Source: Gekko japonicus
Taxonomy: Eukaryota
Direction of reading: 5' to 3'
Assembly (NCBI RefSeq): GCF_001447785.1
Contig: NW_015160843.1
Coordinates: forward strand, 1,203,409 to 1,267,408
Length of the DNA stretch: 64,000 nucleotides
A model generated the notes under the pieces. It was given only the letters and a program-made list of their open reading frames with translations, was not told the origin of the DNA and made no database searches. Below, piece after piece: positions 12,990 through 25,673 of the stretch. The translations under genes were made by a program, and so were the position numbers. The stretch's first letter is position 1. Each line of letters starts with the position of its first letter.

Positions 12990-13759
12990 ACTGGCCTAGT
13001 TGCAGCCTCCATCTTTGAACAAAATAGATTTCAGACCCTTACTTTGTGTAGTTTGCCACTAGAAATTCTGACTTTTGCTGAGACTGCAATGATACAGCAC
13101 CAAGTGATTGCTGTGGATTCCATGAGGTACATCTAGCAGCAAGTAGCTGTATGCCCTGGGAAAACACCTGTTAGGATTGAGAGAAAACTTTCATTGGATG
13201 GGGGCAACTTGTCTAAAGCTATCATGGGATAGAAGGACAAGTCCTTTTATGGATCAAAAACTGGCTAGTCTCTAATTGATATTATAGGGTGAGGAGAAGC
13301 ATTGATTGCTGGATTTTTTAATCTTATTTTGAGTTATTGTTCTACGGCTTTGTGAGAATCTGTGGATTCAGCTAAAGAAGCCCAGAAACTGGTGTGACAA
13401 GTGGAATATTAACTTTGCCAGCTGAGTTAAGATAAGCAGCTACCGCTACAAGAACTGGATTGTACAGGACTGGGTCCACACATAAAGGGAGGAAACACTA
13501 CCCAACTGTTGGCATGCAAAATCATGTTATTCATTGAACCCTAGCCTGAAACAAAGCAAAAAGTCCCCACATCACAGACGTAACATGCAACTCTAACGAA
13601 CAAGAAGATCAGCCTCATGACGAATTAGAAGAGCTTGGACCAACATGTTTTGTGATACTGGGAAGATGTTATGGGTATGGGGTTTTGCAGTCCCTGGGTG
13701 CCAAACTAAATAATGAATGAGGGGAAAATTAAGTCACACCTCTGTCTCTACTTCTTAGG

Positions 13760-13874
13760 AGACAGAAACGTCTCTGGACAGTGCTGGCTCTTGGTCTTGG
13801 AAATGGAGATGAGCACCGCATCCCTAGAGTCGGATTCAATTGGCTTTCGAGCAAGGGAAACCTTTACCTTTACT
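13760..13874 (+). mobile_element. Sauria SINE 3' fragment
   Basis: GGAGATGAGCACCGC...GGGAAACCTTTACCTTTAC, homologous to 25560-25673. Confidence 0.85.
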
Positions 13875-14119
13875 ACTAGCCTTTCTGTTTAGGGTGTGCT
13901 TGCTCTGAGGATGTCTTGAGATCTTAAGGCCTCCAAAGGCCTATCATCCCCTTGCTCTCCCCTCCTCCTAATTCTTAGGAGTTTGAGGGTTGAGAAACTC
14001 ACACTCCTGCCCTTCAGTCTTCTTGGATAGATAGCTAAGGAATGGCATCCACTTGTTTGCTAGGAAACTGAGCTAAAACTAGAAGGGCAGAAGAATGGTA
14101 GGATGGCAATTAATAGTTT

Positions 14120-14605
14120 AATATTTAGATCTTTAAAGCCCTTAATAGTTTGGGACCAATGTACCTATGGGACCACCTCTCCTGGTATGTCCCCCAAAGA
14201 GCCTTACGCTCCAGAGATCAAAATCTACTGGCAATCCCTGGCCCAAAAGATGTCCGGCTGTCCTTAACTAGAGCCAGCCTGGTGGAACTCTCTGCCTAGT
14301 GACATCCGTGCCCTGCGGGACCTAACTCAGTTCCACAGGGTGTATAAAACAGAGATGTTCTACCAGGCCTACAGCTGAGGACAGCAACGGCTTTGCACCA
14401 TCACTCTGTCATGGCCTCCTCATGCCCAGTCCACGTTCTGCTCTATGGAGGGAGTGAAAACTGATCTATTTGGAGGATCTTTTACTGATCTTATTTGTGA
14501 CTAATTCCTTATTATCTTCTATTTGTTGTATTTTAACATTGTATGTTTTTATTATGATGTACACCACCCTGAGCCCACTGGGGGAGGGTGGTCTATAAAT
14601 TTATT
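14120..14605 (+). mobile_element. L2 LINE 3' end
   Basis: FKALNSLGP.YL.DHLS and WWNSLP.DIRA-type residues, then a CACCCTGAGCCC...TATAAAT terminus. Confidence 0.7.
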
Positions 14606-14655
14606 GGGCATCAATGCCTTCCAATAAACCGTTTTATTCATATCAGTAACATTGC

Positions 14656-14804
14656 GGCTGCGGTCACACACAAAAATAATCCACTTTCAATCCTCTTTCA
14701 ATGCATTTTCCAACTGGATTTTTACTCTGTGATCTGGCAAAATCCAGTTCGAAAGTGCATTGAAAGTGGATTGGAAGTGGATTATTTAGTGTGTGACTGT
14801 GGCC
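14656..14804. mobile_element. Harbinger-like palindromic MITE
   Basis: Long inverted arms GGCTGCGGTCACAC... / ...GTGTGACTGTGGCC. Confidence 0.75.
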
Positions 14805-15639
14805 GGCACCTTCCTACTGACAGTTGCATACCTACCGGGGTGAGAACCTGTAAAAAAAAAAGAGGCCTCTTGCTTAAGGGGACCTGATTAACAGCCCTCA
14901 TGTCTCATCAGCCAAAGTGGATTTTCCCAGCCAAACTTTTAATTTCTGTTCAGTCTCACTGCACTGTCAAGTGTGATAACTGACCTTTCCTTTCATGAAC
15001 CCAGCGCTGTTTGGCTAGTGGATAGAGGGATCTCAGGGTAAGACATTACTGTTGTAATACAGGCTCTTGCACATGTGCAAGTCATGGTGATGTTGCAGTT
15101 ACTGAGTGATGAACCTGTATGTGTAAATTTGCCCTTATAGAACTGGGGCATCACAGAGGCCTGATCCCATGTAATCCTCAAGACGAGATCCTTAAAGAGG
15201 GGTTTAGGGAGGTTTTGAGCTTGTTGCTGTAATTTTGCTGGAAAAATGTTTAAATAAGATTCCTAAGACTAAATGTGGTTTACTCAAAATCCCCCATAGG
15301 AAAAGGGATGATTTCAATAAGTGGCTTTGATCTATTTTGTCAGGAAAAAGCAAACAAAAAAAAATGTCGCAGGAAGTTAACATTGCAGAACTCCACTGAT
15401 CTTTTCATTGCAAAATGACAATCAAAATGAGAAATCTCCTGTGACATGTCAGGATGTCTCCAGGCTGATGTTCCTTCTACTGGGTCATCTCACCTATTCT
15501 TCCTGGCCTCTTCATGCCTGTATTACTTGTCTAAAATACTTACACAAAGCACTGGGATGGTAGGGCTTTCCAATGGAAACAAGACCGGTGCTTGCACACA
15601 CGCAAGCACAAGCTTTTGCCCACCCCCCACATCCTTGAA

Positions 15640-18320
15640 GGAATCATGTGGGAAGGGGGAGCCTATTGGAAGGCAGTGCAGGAAGGGGGTCAGGGAAGGC
15701 TGGCCAGCCAGATCTAGTAGTGGCAGCCATTCCCTTGTTGCAGCAGACCTCCCCCATGTATATATGGAAAGTTCTCTGCCATTGGGGGACCACTTGCTCC
15801 AGGCCACAAAGGCTAAGATTTGACGTGGGGAGTATGTGGAGATGTTCACACTGCTGCTCAGGGCTACACTACGTGTAGGTGTAGTGTAGGTGAAGACTAG
15901 TGTACAGGATGATCCCAGGGAGCTGGAGAAGATTCGGCGTATGCAGGTTGACAAGAACTTTGACAACTGGCTATCGGAGGGGGTCAGGAAAGGCTGGCCA
16001 GCCAGATCTAGTAGTGGCAGCCATTCCCTTGTTGCAGCAGACCTCCCCCATGTATATATGGAAAGTTCTCTGCCATTGGGGGACCACTTGCTCCAGGCCA
16101 CAAAGGCTAAGATTTGACGTGGGGAGTATGTGGAGATGTTCACACTGCTGCTCAGGGCTAGTGTACGTGTAGGTGTAGTGTAGGTGAAGACTAGTGTACA
16201 GGATGATCCCAGGGAGCTGGAGAAGATTCGGCGTATGCAGGTTGACAAGAACTTTGACAACTGGCTATCGGCGTACCATCTATATGGGGGTGGTATTGCA
16301 GGCCTACCCGGGTCGGGGGTTGGCACTGGGGAAGTACCAGGACCTGAAACACCGTGCCTATAAGGAATACAATGGGGCCGCGTTGCTGCGCTATGATGAG
16401 ATCTTTTGTGCACAGGCAGCTCTTGACCCAACCCTGCCTTGGGACCGGGAGCATCAACAGCTGTGGTCCCAATGCCTGGGGTCAGCTGGGGCCATTGCGG
16501 GCAGGTATGCAGATAGTGGCCATATGGTGGCACGCTCGCAGGCGGACTCGGGGCGAGGAAGCGGCAAGAAGCAGTGGGTTCAACTCTGCCTCGTCTATTG
16601 GGATTTCAATGCCGCGGGGTGCCATCAGAGGCAGTGTAAGTATAGGTACATCTGCAGCGCTTGTGGTGGCTTCCACTCTGCATCGGCCTGTAGGAAGAGC
16701 GATGGCGGGCGGGCGGGTCCTAAAGTTGGTGGGGGTGCCAAGAGACTGAGGGACGGGGCCACCAGCAAGGGTGCACAGCCCAATCAGGCTCACAGTTTTA
16801 TGGGACTGGCTGTGGGGGTACCCCCGCAGGAGGGAAGCGGAATACCTGGAAGAAGGATTCCGGGAGGGATTCTGTATTCCTTTTAATGGCAAACGGACAC
16901 ATTTCATGGCTAGAAATTTAAAATCAGTTGTGGGGTTGGAAGCTGTGGTACAGCAATAAATTGAGAAGGAGGTACAGGAAGGCCGGGTGGCAGGCCCCTT
17001 ACCGGGAGCATCAACAGCTGTGGTCCCAATGCCTGGGGTCAGCTGGGGCCATTGCGGGCAGGTATGCAGATAGTGGCCATATGGTGGCACGCTCGCAGGC
17101 GGACTCGGGGCGAGGAAGCGGCAAGAAGCAGTGGGTTCAACTCTGCCTCGTCTATTGGGATTTCAATGCCGCGGGGTGCCATCAGAGGCAGTGTAAGTAT
17201 AGGTACATCTGCAGCGCTTGTGGTGGCTTCCACTCTGCATCGGCCTGTAGGAAGAGCGATGGCGGGCGGGCGGGTCCTAAAGTTGGTGGGGGTGCCAAGA
17301 GACTGAGGGACGGGGCCACCAGCAAGGGTGCACAGCCCAATCAGGCTCACAGTTTTATGGGACTGGCTGTGGGGGTACCCCCGCAGGAGGGAAGAGGAAT
17401 ACCTGGAAGAAGGATTCCGGGAGGGATTCTGTATTCCTTTAATTGCAAACTGACACATTTCATGGCTAGAAATTTGAAATCGGTTGTGGGGTTGGAAGCT
17501 GTAGTAAGGCAAAATATTGAGAAGGAGGTACAGGAAGGCCGAGTGGCAGGCCCCTTTACGGAGCTGCCTATGCCCGCGCTCCGCATCTCCCCATTGGGTG
17601 TAGTCCCTAAGAAATCACCGGGTGAGTACCAGCTCATTCATCATTTATGTTACCCTCATGGGAGGTCTGTCAACGATGGGATCCTGGGGGAACTTGCCAC
17701 AGTGCCCTATGTGTCCTTTGACAGTGCAGTGCACATGGTGACCAGCTGTGGGAAGGGAGCGCTTATGGGTAAATGCAACATCAAATCAGCTTTCTGCCTT
17801 TTGCCAATACACCCAGGGGATTTTGACCTGTTGGGATTTACATTTGACGGCCAGTTCTACTATGGCATGGCCCAGCCCATGGGCTGTGCAATCTCCTGTT
17901 CAGCCTTTGAGACATTCAGCTCCTTCTTGGAATGGGCAGTGTGACAAAGGATGGGATCAGACAGGGTTACGCACTATCTGGGTGACTTTTTGTTCATGGG
18001 GGGGCAGGGACTAACGCATGTCAGAGTTCCATGGATATTTTTCAGGAAGTGGCGGTGGAGTTGGGAGTACCTTTGGCGCATGAGAAAACTGAGGGGCCAG
18101 CCATCAGTCTGACCTATCTGGGGATTTTGATCGACACAGAGAAGCAGCTCTGTGCCTTGCCCACAGATAAGGTGGCGGGGCTGGTAACCTTACTGGAGCA
18201 GGCCTGCTCTCGGAAAAGCCTAACTTTGCGAGAATGGCAAACGCTGCTGGGCCACTTGAATTTTGCCTGCAGGGTGGTGGCCCCGGGATGGGCTTTTGTC
18301 CTGCAAATTTGGGGTGCCTT
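15640..18320 (+). mobile_element. DIRS-order (Ngaro-like) retrotransposon fragment: gag and RT, decayed
   Basis: gag-like WLSAYHLYMGVVLQAYP...LRYDE and a C3H-like Cys cluster. RT motifs RVAGPF, ISPLGVVPKK, LIHHLCYPHGRSVND, KSAF, PMGCAISC, HYLGDF (YLDD site) and EKTEGP..LTYLGILID. No tyrosine recombinase seen. Confidence 0.85.
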
Positions 18321-18605
18321 TTGGGGTGTGGTACATGGGCAAATTATTGCCTAAGTGGGATTTAACAAAAGGACCTAGGACACAGCTGCAAACCATCGAA
18401 GGAAAAAGATGGCAAAATAGATTGGAACATACACAATGACTTCCACTCTACAGTAGTATCACAGCATGCCCCAACAAAATGAATCCACCATGAGAAACAC
18501 GGGTGAATACATTCTGAATCACTCCTCAGTTCTCCAGAGATGAACCATTAAAGGATCGAAGAAAACTGCCTAGTTGCTGTTTACATAAAGTGTTAGAAGG
18601 AAATT

Positions 18606-18992
18606 CAGGGGTCATTTTGTAGAAAAAGAGGTGCAGGAGCTCATTAGCATAACTCATTAGCATAAATTATTTGCATATGCCACACCTCCTGACATCACCG
18701 GAAGTGTGTCAGAAGGCAACACCCATCGCTCAGGCTCCACTGGACTGTTTTGGATTGCTAGCTATTGGGGGGGGGGGAATGTGCAGATCTGTCCTCGCAG
18801 AGGAGGGAGAGCTTGTACCTGAATAAAACTTGGTCTTAAAGGTGCCACTGGACTGTTTTGGACTGGGGGGCCAGGGGGAACTCTGCAACTTACATGACTG
18901 CTTCTTGCTCTGGCTGAGGGCTGCTGGGAGCAGGGGGTGGGTCTTGTTGCATGTGCCCGTCCCCTGTGCGCTCCTGCAAGAAATTACCCCTG
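18606..18992 (+). mobile_element. hAT-like non-autonomous element
   Basis: TIRs CAGGGGTCATTT / AAATTACCCCTG, with tandem ATTAGCAT motifs. Confidence 0.7.
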
Positions 18993-20150
18993 GAAGGAAT
19001 AATGTTACAAACAAATCTGGATGCTCCAAAAATACTGACCATCCCCAATTAAACTATGCCCCCATGCACTGGTAGCAGCATACAAACCTGATATTAAGGA
19101 TAAGCAGCCACTCATCCTTTTTTGTCACAAGATGGAATTTCCCAGGGGGAGAAAGTGAGAGAGAAAAATGGAAGAACTGAAACATCAAGGGAGAGCAGGA
19201 TAGAGCAAAGAGAGAAGTATGAAAGGCTGAGTATTCCAATAATTTAGCACTAATTGTGTAATTATTTTATTGCATAGCCTAAATCATGAGGAAAAAAGTA
19301 TCCTTCAAACCTAAATTTTCCCCAGTGAGGAATTACTCCATGTTTGGAAACACAGTAATTATTTCTTGAAAACAAGCTGCACTGTGAGTAATTTGAGAGT
19401 TTTATCTCTTGGGTTCTCCTGCAATGTAATTGAGCAAGTGGCAATAAATCCCATACTAACATAAGGCGGTGAATTCCATGTGTGATTGGGCAGGGGGAAG
19501 CAAAAATTCAAGGCCTAGTCTATCACATAGTGTGGAACCAAAGGATATGCCAAACTAAGTAAAATCAAACTCTCTTAAAGATCCATTCTGAGCATTAGGC
19601 TAATATCAACTGCGGCTCAGAATGGTATATGATGAAAACCAGCAAGAAGTAACTCTGAAATAACTTTTCCTCGGAGTTCATCCCCCCCCACCTCCATTTA
19701 GTTTATGGTTGGCTTCTGTCTTAAAGCATGCATGCAGGCTTGTAACATTTTCAAAGTTCTTGCATCATTTAAATACTGACTTATAAAAGGCAAACAACTC
19801 TCTTAGTCAATCCTTTCTGAAATTCTGCAAAAATTGTTCACATTGAATTATCTCTTTGTAGCAGTGAATTCTACAAGCTAATTGTTCCATGCACCAAGAA
19901 GCATTTCTTAGTTGAAAATTTGTTGTTTTTCAAGTGGTTAAATAAAAATGAGATGGAATCAAATTCATTAATCTGGTACAAAGAACATGCCCTTACTCAG
20001 ATTGCTTGTAGAGCTCATTTTGACTTGGAACATGAGAATTCACTTTTGCTGATACAAGGTAATCCAGTACAAGCATTGCTAAAGTGGGCAACCCTATGAA
20101 AGCTGGAAGAAGCAGAGTCCTCAGAGTATACACAAAGCCTTAGTGTGTAC

Positions 20151-20358
20151 CAGGGGTCATTTGGGGGGGACGTGGGGGGACACCATCCCCCCGGGTGAGG
20201 TGCGGGAGGGCGGGGCCTGGAGCTCCCTGCTGGTGCCCGCTGGAGGTTGCCGCCGGCTGTGGGGAGGACACACTTCCGGTGATGTCAGGGGGTGTGGCAT
20301 ATGCTAATGAGTTATGCTAATGAGTCCCCCTAGCTCTTTTTCTACGAAATGACCCCTG
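20151..20358 (-). mobile_element. hAT-like MITE with a perfect 8-bp TSD
   Basis: TIRs CAGGGGTCATTT / AAATGACCCCTG. TSD GTGTGTAC at 20143-20150 and 20359-20366. Confidence 0.9.
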
Positions 20359-21180
20359 GTGTGTACATTTGCAAACATTTGGTTGCTTCATTAACATCAA
20401 AGAGCAGGCAAAAGCAGGGGCTGGAACTATTACCCAGCAAAAGAAACCTTAATAGGTTAGTTGTTTTTGTGGAAGACAATTTACTAAATCAGGCTCCAGG
20501 GACCACCTCCATTTGTACATACCTGTTCATGCTGTAAGACCATCTGTGAAAACTCTAGTGTGGAAACCCAACATTTTAGAAGTACTTTTGGTGGTGACCC
20601 ATGTGTGGTCCTCAGCAGTCAGCCTAATCTTCAGAACTCCTTCATGCAGGAACTACCTGGGGTTTCTTCATTGCTGGTCTTTCTTCATTAGTTAAAGATC
20701 TGTTTTTAGTTTAGATGGCCTTTTAAAACTGGGGTTCTGCTCTGGTTTCAAGCAGGGCTCTTTTTGTAGAAAAAGCCCAGCAGGAACTCATTAGCATAAC
20801 AGGCAAATAAACTGGAGGGTAAAAAAAAAACCACAGTGTAGAGGGAATAGAGGAATCTGCAAAGCCAACCCTGAAGTCCGGAACAAGGTCCCAGGTCAAA
20901 TCCTAGACAAATCTGTTATACTAAAGCATGCTTTATTTAGTGCATTTTATCCTTTTCTTCTCCCAAGAAGTGTTGCGTGTCACACAAGTCATATACCATT
21001 TTTTCCTACCTGCATGATATCTTTACACAATCCAATCAAGTTAATCAGACTGAGAGAGAGTGAGTAGGCCAAGATCACTCAGTGAGTTTCTGGGCAAATT
21101 GGGGATTAGAATTTGGCTCACCTAAATCCTATTCACATGAAGATGCCATAGGGAATCCAAAGAGAAATTCCAGAGACAAA

Positions 21181-21466
21181 GACTGATTCTGCACAAGGAG
21201 CTGCACTGCTGTCGTGCCTCCCTTTGCCCCATTTCCATTGGTCAATTTCCCACTTGAAGCCACGCGGCCGCATTTTGACCCACGGCTTCGCCTGATTTCC
21301 CCCACGGTTTCGTGATCCTGGGTTTTGTGGATCATGAAACCGCGGGGAAAATCAGGTGAAGCCGTGGGTCAAAATGCGGCCGCGCGGCTTCAAGTAGGAA
21401 ATTGACCAATGGAAACGGGGCAAAGGGAGGCGCAATGGTGGCACAGCTCCTTGTGCGAAATCAGCC
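21181..21466. mobile_element. palindromic MITE (Harbinger-like)
   Basis: Arms of about 135 bp form an almost continuous inverted repeat around a short loop at about 21319-21328. Confidence 0.8.
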
Positions 21467-22371
21467 CTAGTCTGACATTTAAACCACTACACCACAATGG
21501 TGTTCTCTCTCTCTCTTTCTCTCTCTCTCTGTTTCTAAAAATAAATATTTTAAATAAACCAATGGAAATAAATCCTGTTGATAAAAGCCTCACAGGCATT
21601 TGTCCCATTAGTTTTAAAGGAAATGAATTAAAATAACCTTAAAGTCCACTTGCCCCAGTGGAAAGGAGTTACCATTTCTGGTTGGCTCGCCAGTCTGAGA
21701 CCACAGTCCACAAACCACACACCCCACGATAATCAGGCCAACTGCCCAAGGATATCTGGGCCCCCTTCTGAAGTTAAGTGGCTCACAGAGTGGTTGAGAC
21801 AGAGTAAACTTGGAAACACCTTTGCTAATTCTGCCCGGTGGTGCGGAGGAACGTAAAGCATGACTGAGCAGGTTATGTTTATTTTTCATAGTCACCTGAC
21901 CTAGCCGCCATGTGAACATGCTCCAGAACAGCAGCCTTCTCTTGTAATTCCAAACAAAACTGGGATTGGGAACGGGGAATGCATGAAACTCTGCCAACCA
22001 CAGCTCCTGCGCTATTTTTAGAGTGGGAGGGAACCCTGATTCTCCCATGCCCTGTTGAGTTATCTTAAGACGTCATGTGGCATTTGAAAATATGCAACGT
22101 AACAGTGAATACTGGTGGTCCAGAGAACATGCAGTGTGTTGCTAGTAAAAAGGAGCATTTTTGCAAATGACTTGTTTCTTGACTTCTCCACCTCTACTGT
22201 GGTATTTTTTTTTTTTAAAGATTGAAATATATTAGGCATGCACAGGGACACACATAAGATGTCACTTAATAATAATCCACTCACCTGAATGCAAATATGA
22301 GCAAGATACACAAGCACAAGTGGGTGGGTGTGTATACATAGATATAAAAATGCACACACAGAGAGAGAGAA

Positions 22372-22606
22372 GTGGTTTGTTTGTTTGTTTTTTGCTGTCA
22401 AGTCACAACTGACTTGTGGAGAGCCCCTCTGGTTTTCAAGGCCAGAGAGATTCAGAGGTGTTTTTCTCTTGCTCGCTTCAAGTCTCAGGAGGACACAGTG
22501 CAGGTATTCCTCAGGGGTCTCCCAGCCAAATATTAACCAGGGCCAGCCCTGCTTAGTTTCCGGGATCTGACCTGGTCTGGCTAGGCTTGTGTCTCCAGGC
22601 CAGGGT
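22372..22606 (-). mobile_element. 5S rRNA-derived SINE (SINE3) with an RTE-type tail
   Basis: Minus strand CAGATCCCGGAAACTAAGCAGGGCTGGCCCTGGTTAATATTTGGCTGGGAGACC resembles the 5S internal control region. Tail is AAGTCAGTTGTGACTTGACAGC plus (CAAA)n. Confidence 0.75.
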
Positions 22607-23717
22607 ACAGAAACGGCAACACTCACGCATCACTCCCAGCCAATCATGACACACAGCCAAACCCCCTGAGTTCCTCCAAAGATTAACTTGTACTGACTTG
22701 GTGGGAATGGATTACTTTTCAGCTTGGGGTCTTTGGGGCAGCCCTTCCTTCTCTTGCGGAAGCCCAAGGGCATACCTCCCCCCCCAACTGCTCCATGTTG
22801 CCTGCCAGGCAGGCTCTGCAACCACTGCCCGAGGGAGTGGGGCGTAAGCACAATGCTTGGGGTGCTGAGTCATCCTGCTAGGTGCTCGGTGCTGTAGGGC
22901 TGACAGTTTGGAATACGTTGTCTTGGGCTGTAGTTTGCAGAGAGGCAGCTGAGTTTGGGGAGCTGGCAACTTGGCTGGGTGGCGACAACTTGCCCACCCA
23001 CTGTGCCCCCCCCATGACCATGAGTCAGAGAGTTCCATCACCACTTTCCCCCTCCTCCAACCTCCTCGTCCCTGCCTTGGAAGCTACCTTGGTGGACTTC
23101 TCTAGCACCCCCAAGGGAGATCTTGTGCAGCCCATGCTCACCATGGTCCCCATCCAGAAGTATAGAGGTTGAGAAATGGGGTGTGTCTGAGGAAAGGGTA
23201 GGGAGCCTCATTCCAAAGGATTTTTTTTTGCAGCAGAGTTCCCAACTTCTTCCACTGCCTTTCACCGATGTCATTATTGTGGGATCCCAAGGGTATACCT
23301 CCCCCCGCCCCGGGACTGGCCCAAGCTGCCTGCCGGGGGGCTCTGCAGCTACAGCCTGAAAAACAGGGTGAAAGCACAACACTTGGGATTCTGACTCCAC
23401 AGCCGTTGCTTCTGCCACTGCCATTCTTGCTGTGCCTCTGCTGCCTGAGCTGGAGCCTGCATGGTGGGAGCACTCAGCCAGCCGGGGAGAAGCAGCAGCA
23501 GAGGAGGAGGCAGGAGCCGGGTGGTGGCAGCGGTGAGGGGAGGGGCAGGCTCAGAAGCCAGCCAGAATGCCATTCCGGGGTGTTCTGCCCCCAAAATAGC
23601 CCTGGTTCCAAGAAAAAGACTTTTAAAACTTACTTTGCAATGTTTTTGAGATTTTACTTGTATTTATGGAGACTATTTCTATGACTACTGATTGGTAACC
23701 TCTCCTCTGCTAGACAT

Positions 23718-24330
23718 TGTGGGTGTCAAGGTTTCTGTCTCACCCCAGTCCAGGGATGGGAGCTAAACCGAGCATTCAGCAACAATTAAACAAACCCCAG
23801 GAGAATGTCTGTACACGCTCCAGGCTTTACCAGTAGTCACTGCCACCAGGATCTCTCACAAAAGGTCCCCACTAAAGATCAGGAGCAGAGATCCCAACTC
23901 CTGCCTGGTCTATAGGACTTAGCAACTTTACCAGCTCTGTACCAGGGCTGGAAACAATCAATTAAAATAGTGGTAGCCTCCTTAGGCAAACAGTTTAGGC
24001 ACAGGATTCAGTCTTAGAAATCAGGTTGCAACAGAGGAAACACATCCAGATAATATTGAATATATATTATCTTTATTCAAAGCATGCATATAACATGAGA
24101 CTAGCAAAGGATAAGAAAACAAATGATATCTATAGCTTGTTCAGCTCTAACTACACAATAGAGGTATTCCATAGTTACCAGGCTTTTAGAGGTATCAGAT
24201 GGTTCAGTGTGCAAATATTCCAAGGTCTCACCAGGGAATCTTGAAAAGGAACCCCATAGTGCTGTGGGCAGCTAAGTCCAGCTTGACTGCCTAGCAGTAA
24301 AATTCCATGTTAGCAGCAAGAAGCCAGTCC
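23718..24330 (-). mobile_element. possible solo-LTR remnant
   Basis: Minus-strand AATAAA at about 24075 and TGGTGGCAG at about 23845. Boundaries not resolved. Confidence 0.3.
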
Positions 24331-24757
24331 AAAAAAACTCTTTGTCTCCAGAGAGGAACTTCTATTTTCCCATATGGATTATTGCAATTATACCCCTTCC
24401 GTCACCACCAAGTATGGCCATTACCCAATAGTGAGAGAGTGGGGAGGTGTTTCTTCTGGTGTTCCCAGACTGACCTCCATCTTGCTTGTTTTATTTGTTG
24501 TTTTTACAAATCTAGTGTTTTTAAAGCTGATTATCAATGTCTTTTTAACTGCTTGCCATCTTCAGGGCTCTAACTGGGTAGAAAGGTGGGATACAATTTT
24601 AAAGTTAATTAAATAAATATCAAATTAACTGGAAGCATTTAAAATAATTTGGGAAGACTTTAATAATGAAAAGGTTTGATCAGACATAGCAGCTGCAGAA
24701 ACTGTTAAAGCATTTGGCCACTTTTGGCCTCAGAACACTTTGATGATCACCCTTCCT

Positions 24758-25337
24758 AGGGGTGTGCATTTGGCTATATCCAAGCTGAAAAAAATCCCCA
24801 AGAACGCCCTACTGGTATTCAGCTATTCTTTCAGCTGAATATACATTTAAATATCCTTTCAGCTATCCGATATAGATGATAGCATTAAATGCCCCTTTAA
24901 ACACCTTCCAGGTGAACTTGCAGCTTGGAGAAGGCATCTAAAGGGACTGTGAACCCTTTAAATGCCTTCAGAGTGAATGTTCAGCTTGCAGAAAGCATTT
25001 AAAGGGACTGTGATCCATTTAAATGCTTCCCCCCTACACTGGAAACAATGGAGGATGAGGGCACCTTCTTTGGGAGCCCATAGAATTTGATGCCTTTACT
25101 TCAAAAACCCAGGCCCCTCAGGCCCCCGGATACCTCCAAATCGATTCTTCACCATACCCTATGGGGTACATTGACTTTAACGGTCCCCATAGGGTATAAT
25201 GAAGCAAAAAAAAATCAAGATGGCCCCAAAAATCCCAAATTTGAATACTACACTGCTATTAGGATTCAGGAATATTGGGAAATACCAGCATTTTTTGGGT
25301 TCAATATACCCAAACCCCTAAAATACATTTTTGCACT
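24758..25337. mobile_element. hAT-like non-autonomous DNA transposon
   Basis: Starts TAGGGGTGTGCA and ends TTTTTGCAC. Internal GCATTTAAAGGGA sub-repeats and CCCATAG blocks also occur at 27480-28140. Confidence 0.55.
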
Positions 25338-25339
25338 CA

Positions 25340-25673
25340 AGTGGTTAAGACGCTGAACTGCAGGCTGTGGAAGGTCAGTAGTTCAGCGGTTCAAGACCCG
25401 GGTGCCGCAAGACATGGTGAGCTCCTGTCTCTAGTTCCAGCTCCTGCCAACCTAGCAGTTCGAAAGCAAGAAATTGCAAGTAGATAAATAGGGACCACTT
25501 CGGTGGGAAGGTAACAGCGTTCTGTGTGCCTTGGTGTTTAGTCATGCTGGCCACATGACCACGGAAACGTCTTCGGACAGCGCTGGCTCTTCGGCTTTGA
25601 AACGGAGATGAGCACCGCAACCCTAGAGTCGAATTCGACTGGCTTTCAAGCAAGGGAAACTTTACCTTTACTT
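25340..25673 (+). mobile_element. Sauria SINE, nearly full length
   Basis: tRNA-like head (AGTGGTTAAG...GGTTCAAGACC), body CCAACCTAGCAGTTCGAAAGC...GTAGATAAATAGG, and an (ACCTTT)n tail. Confidence 0.9.

Noticed and set aside
13300-13690. Coding-like sequence upstream of the Sauria SINE fragment
   Set aside because: No ORF of 60 aa or more and no motif I can name.
15523-17512. Long minus-strand ORFs (336, 202 and 157 aa)
   Set aside because: Antisense shadows of the GC-rich DIRS gag and its duplications.
25340-25400. tRNA or 5S rRNA genes (also 11213 and 22500-22606)
   Set aside because: These are SINE heads; no complete cloverleaf or full 5S sequence.
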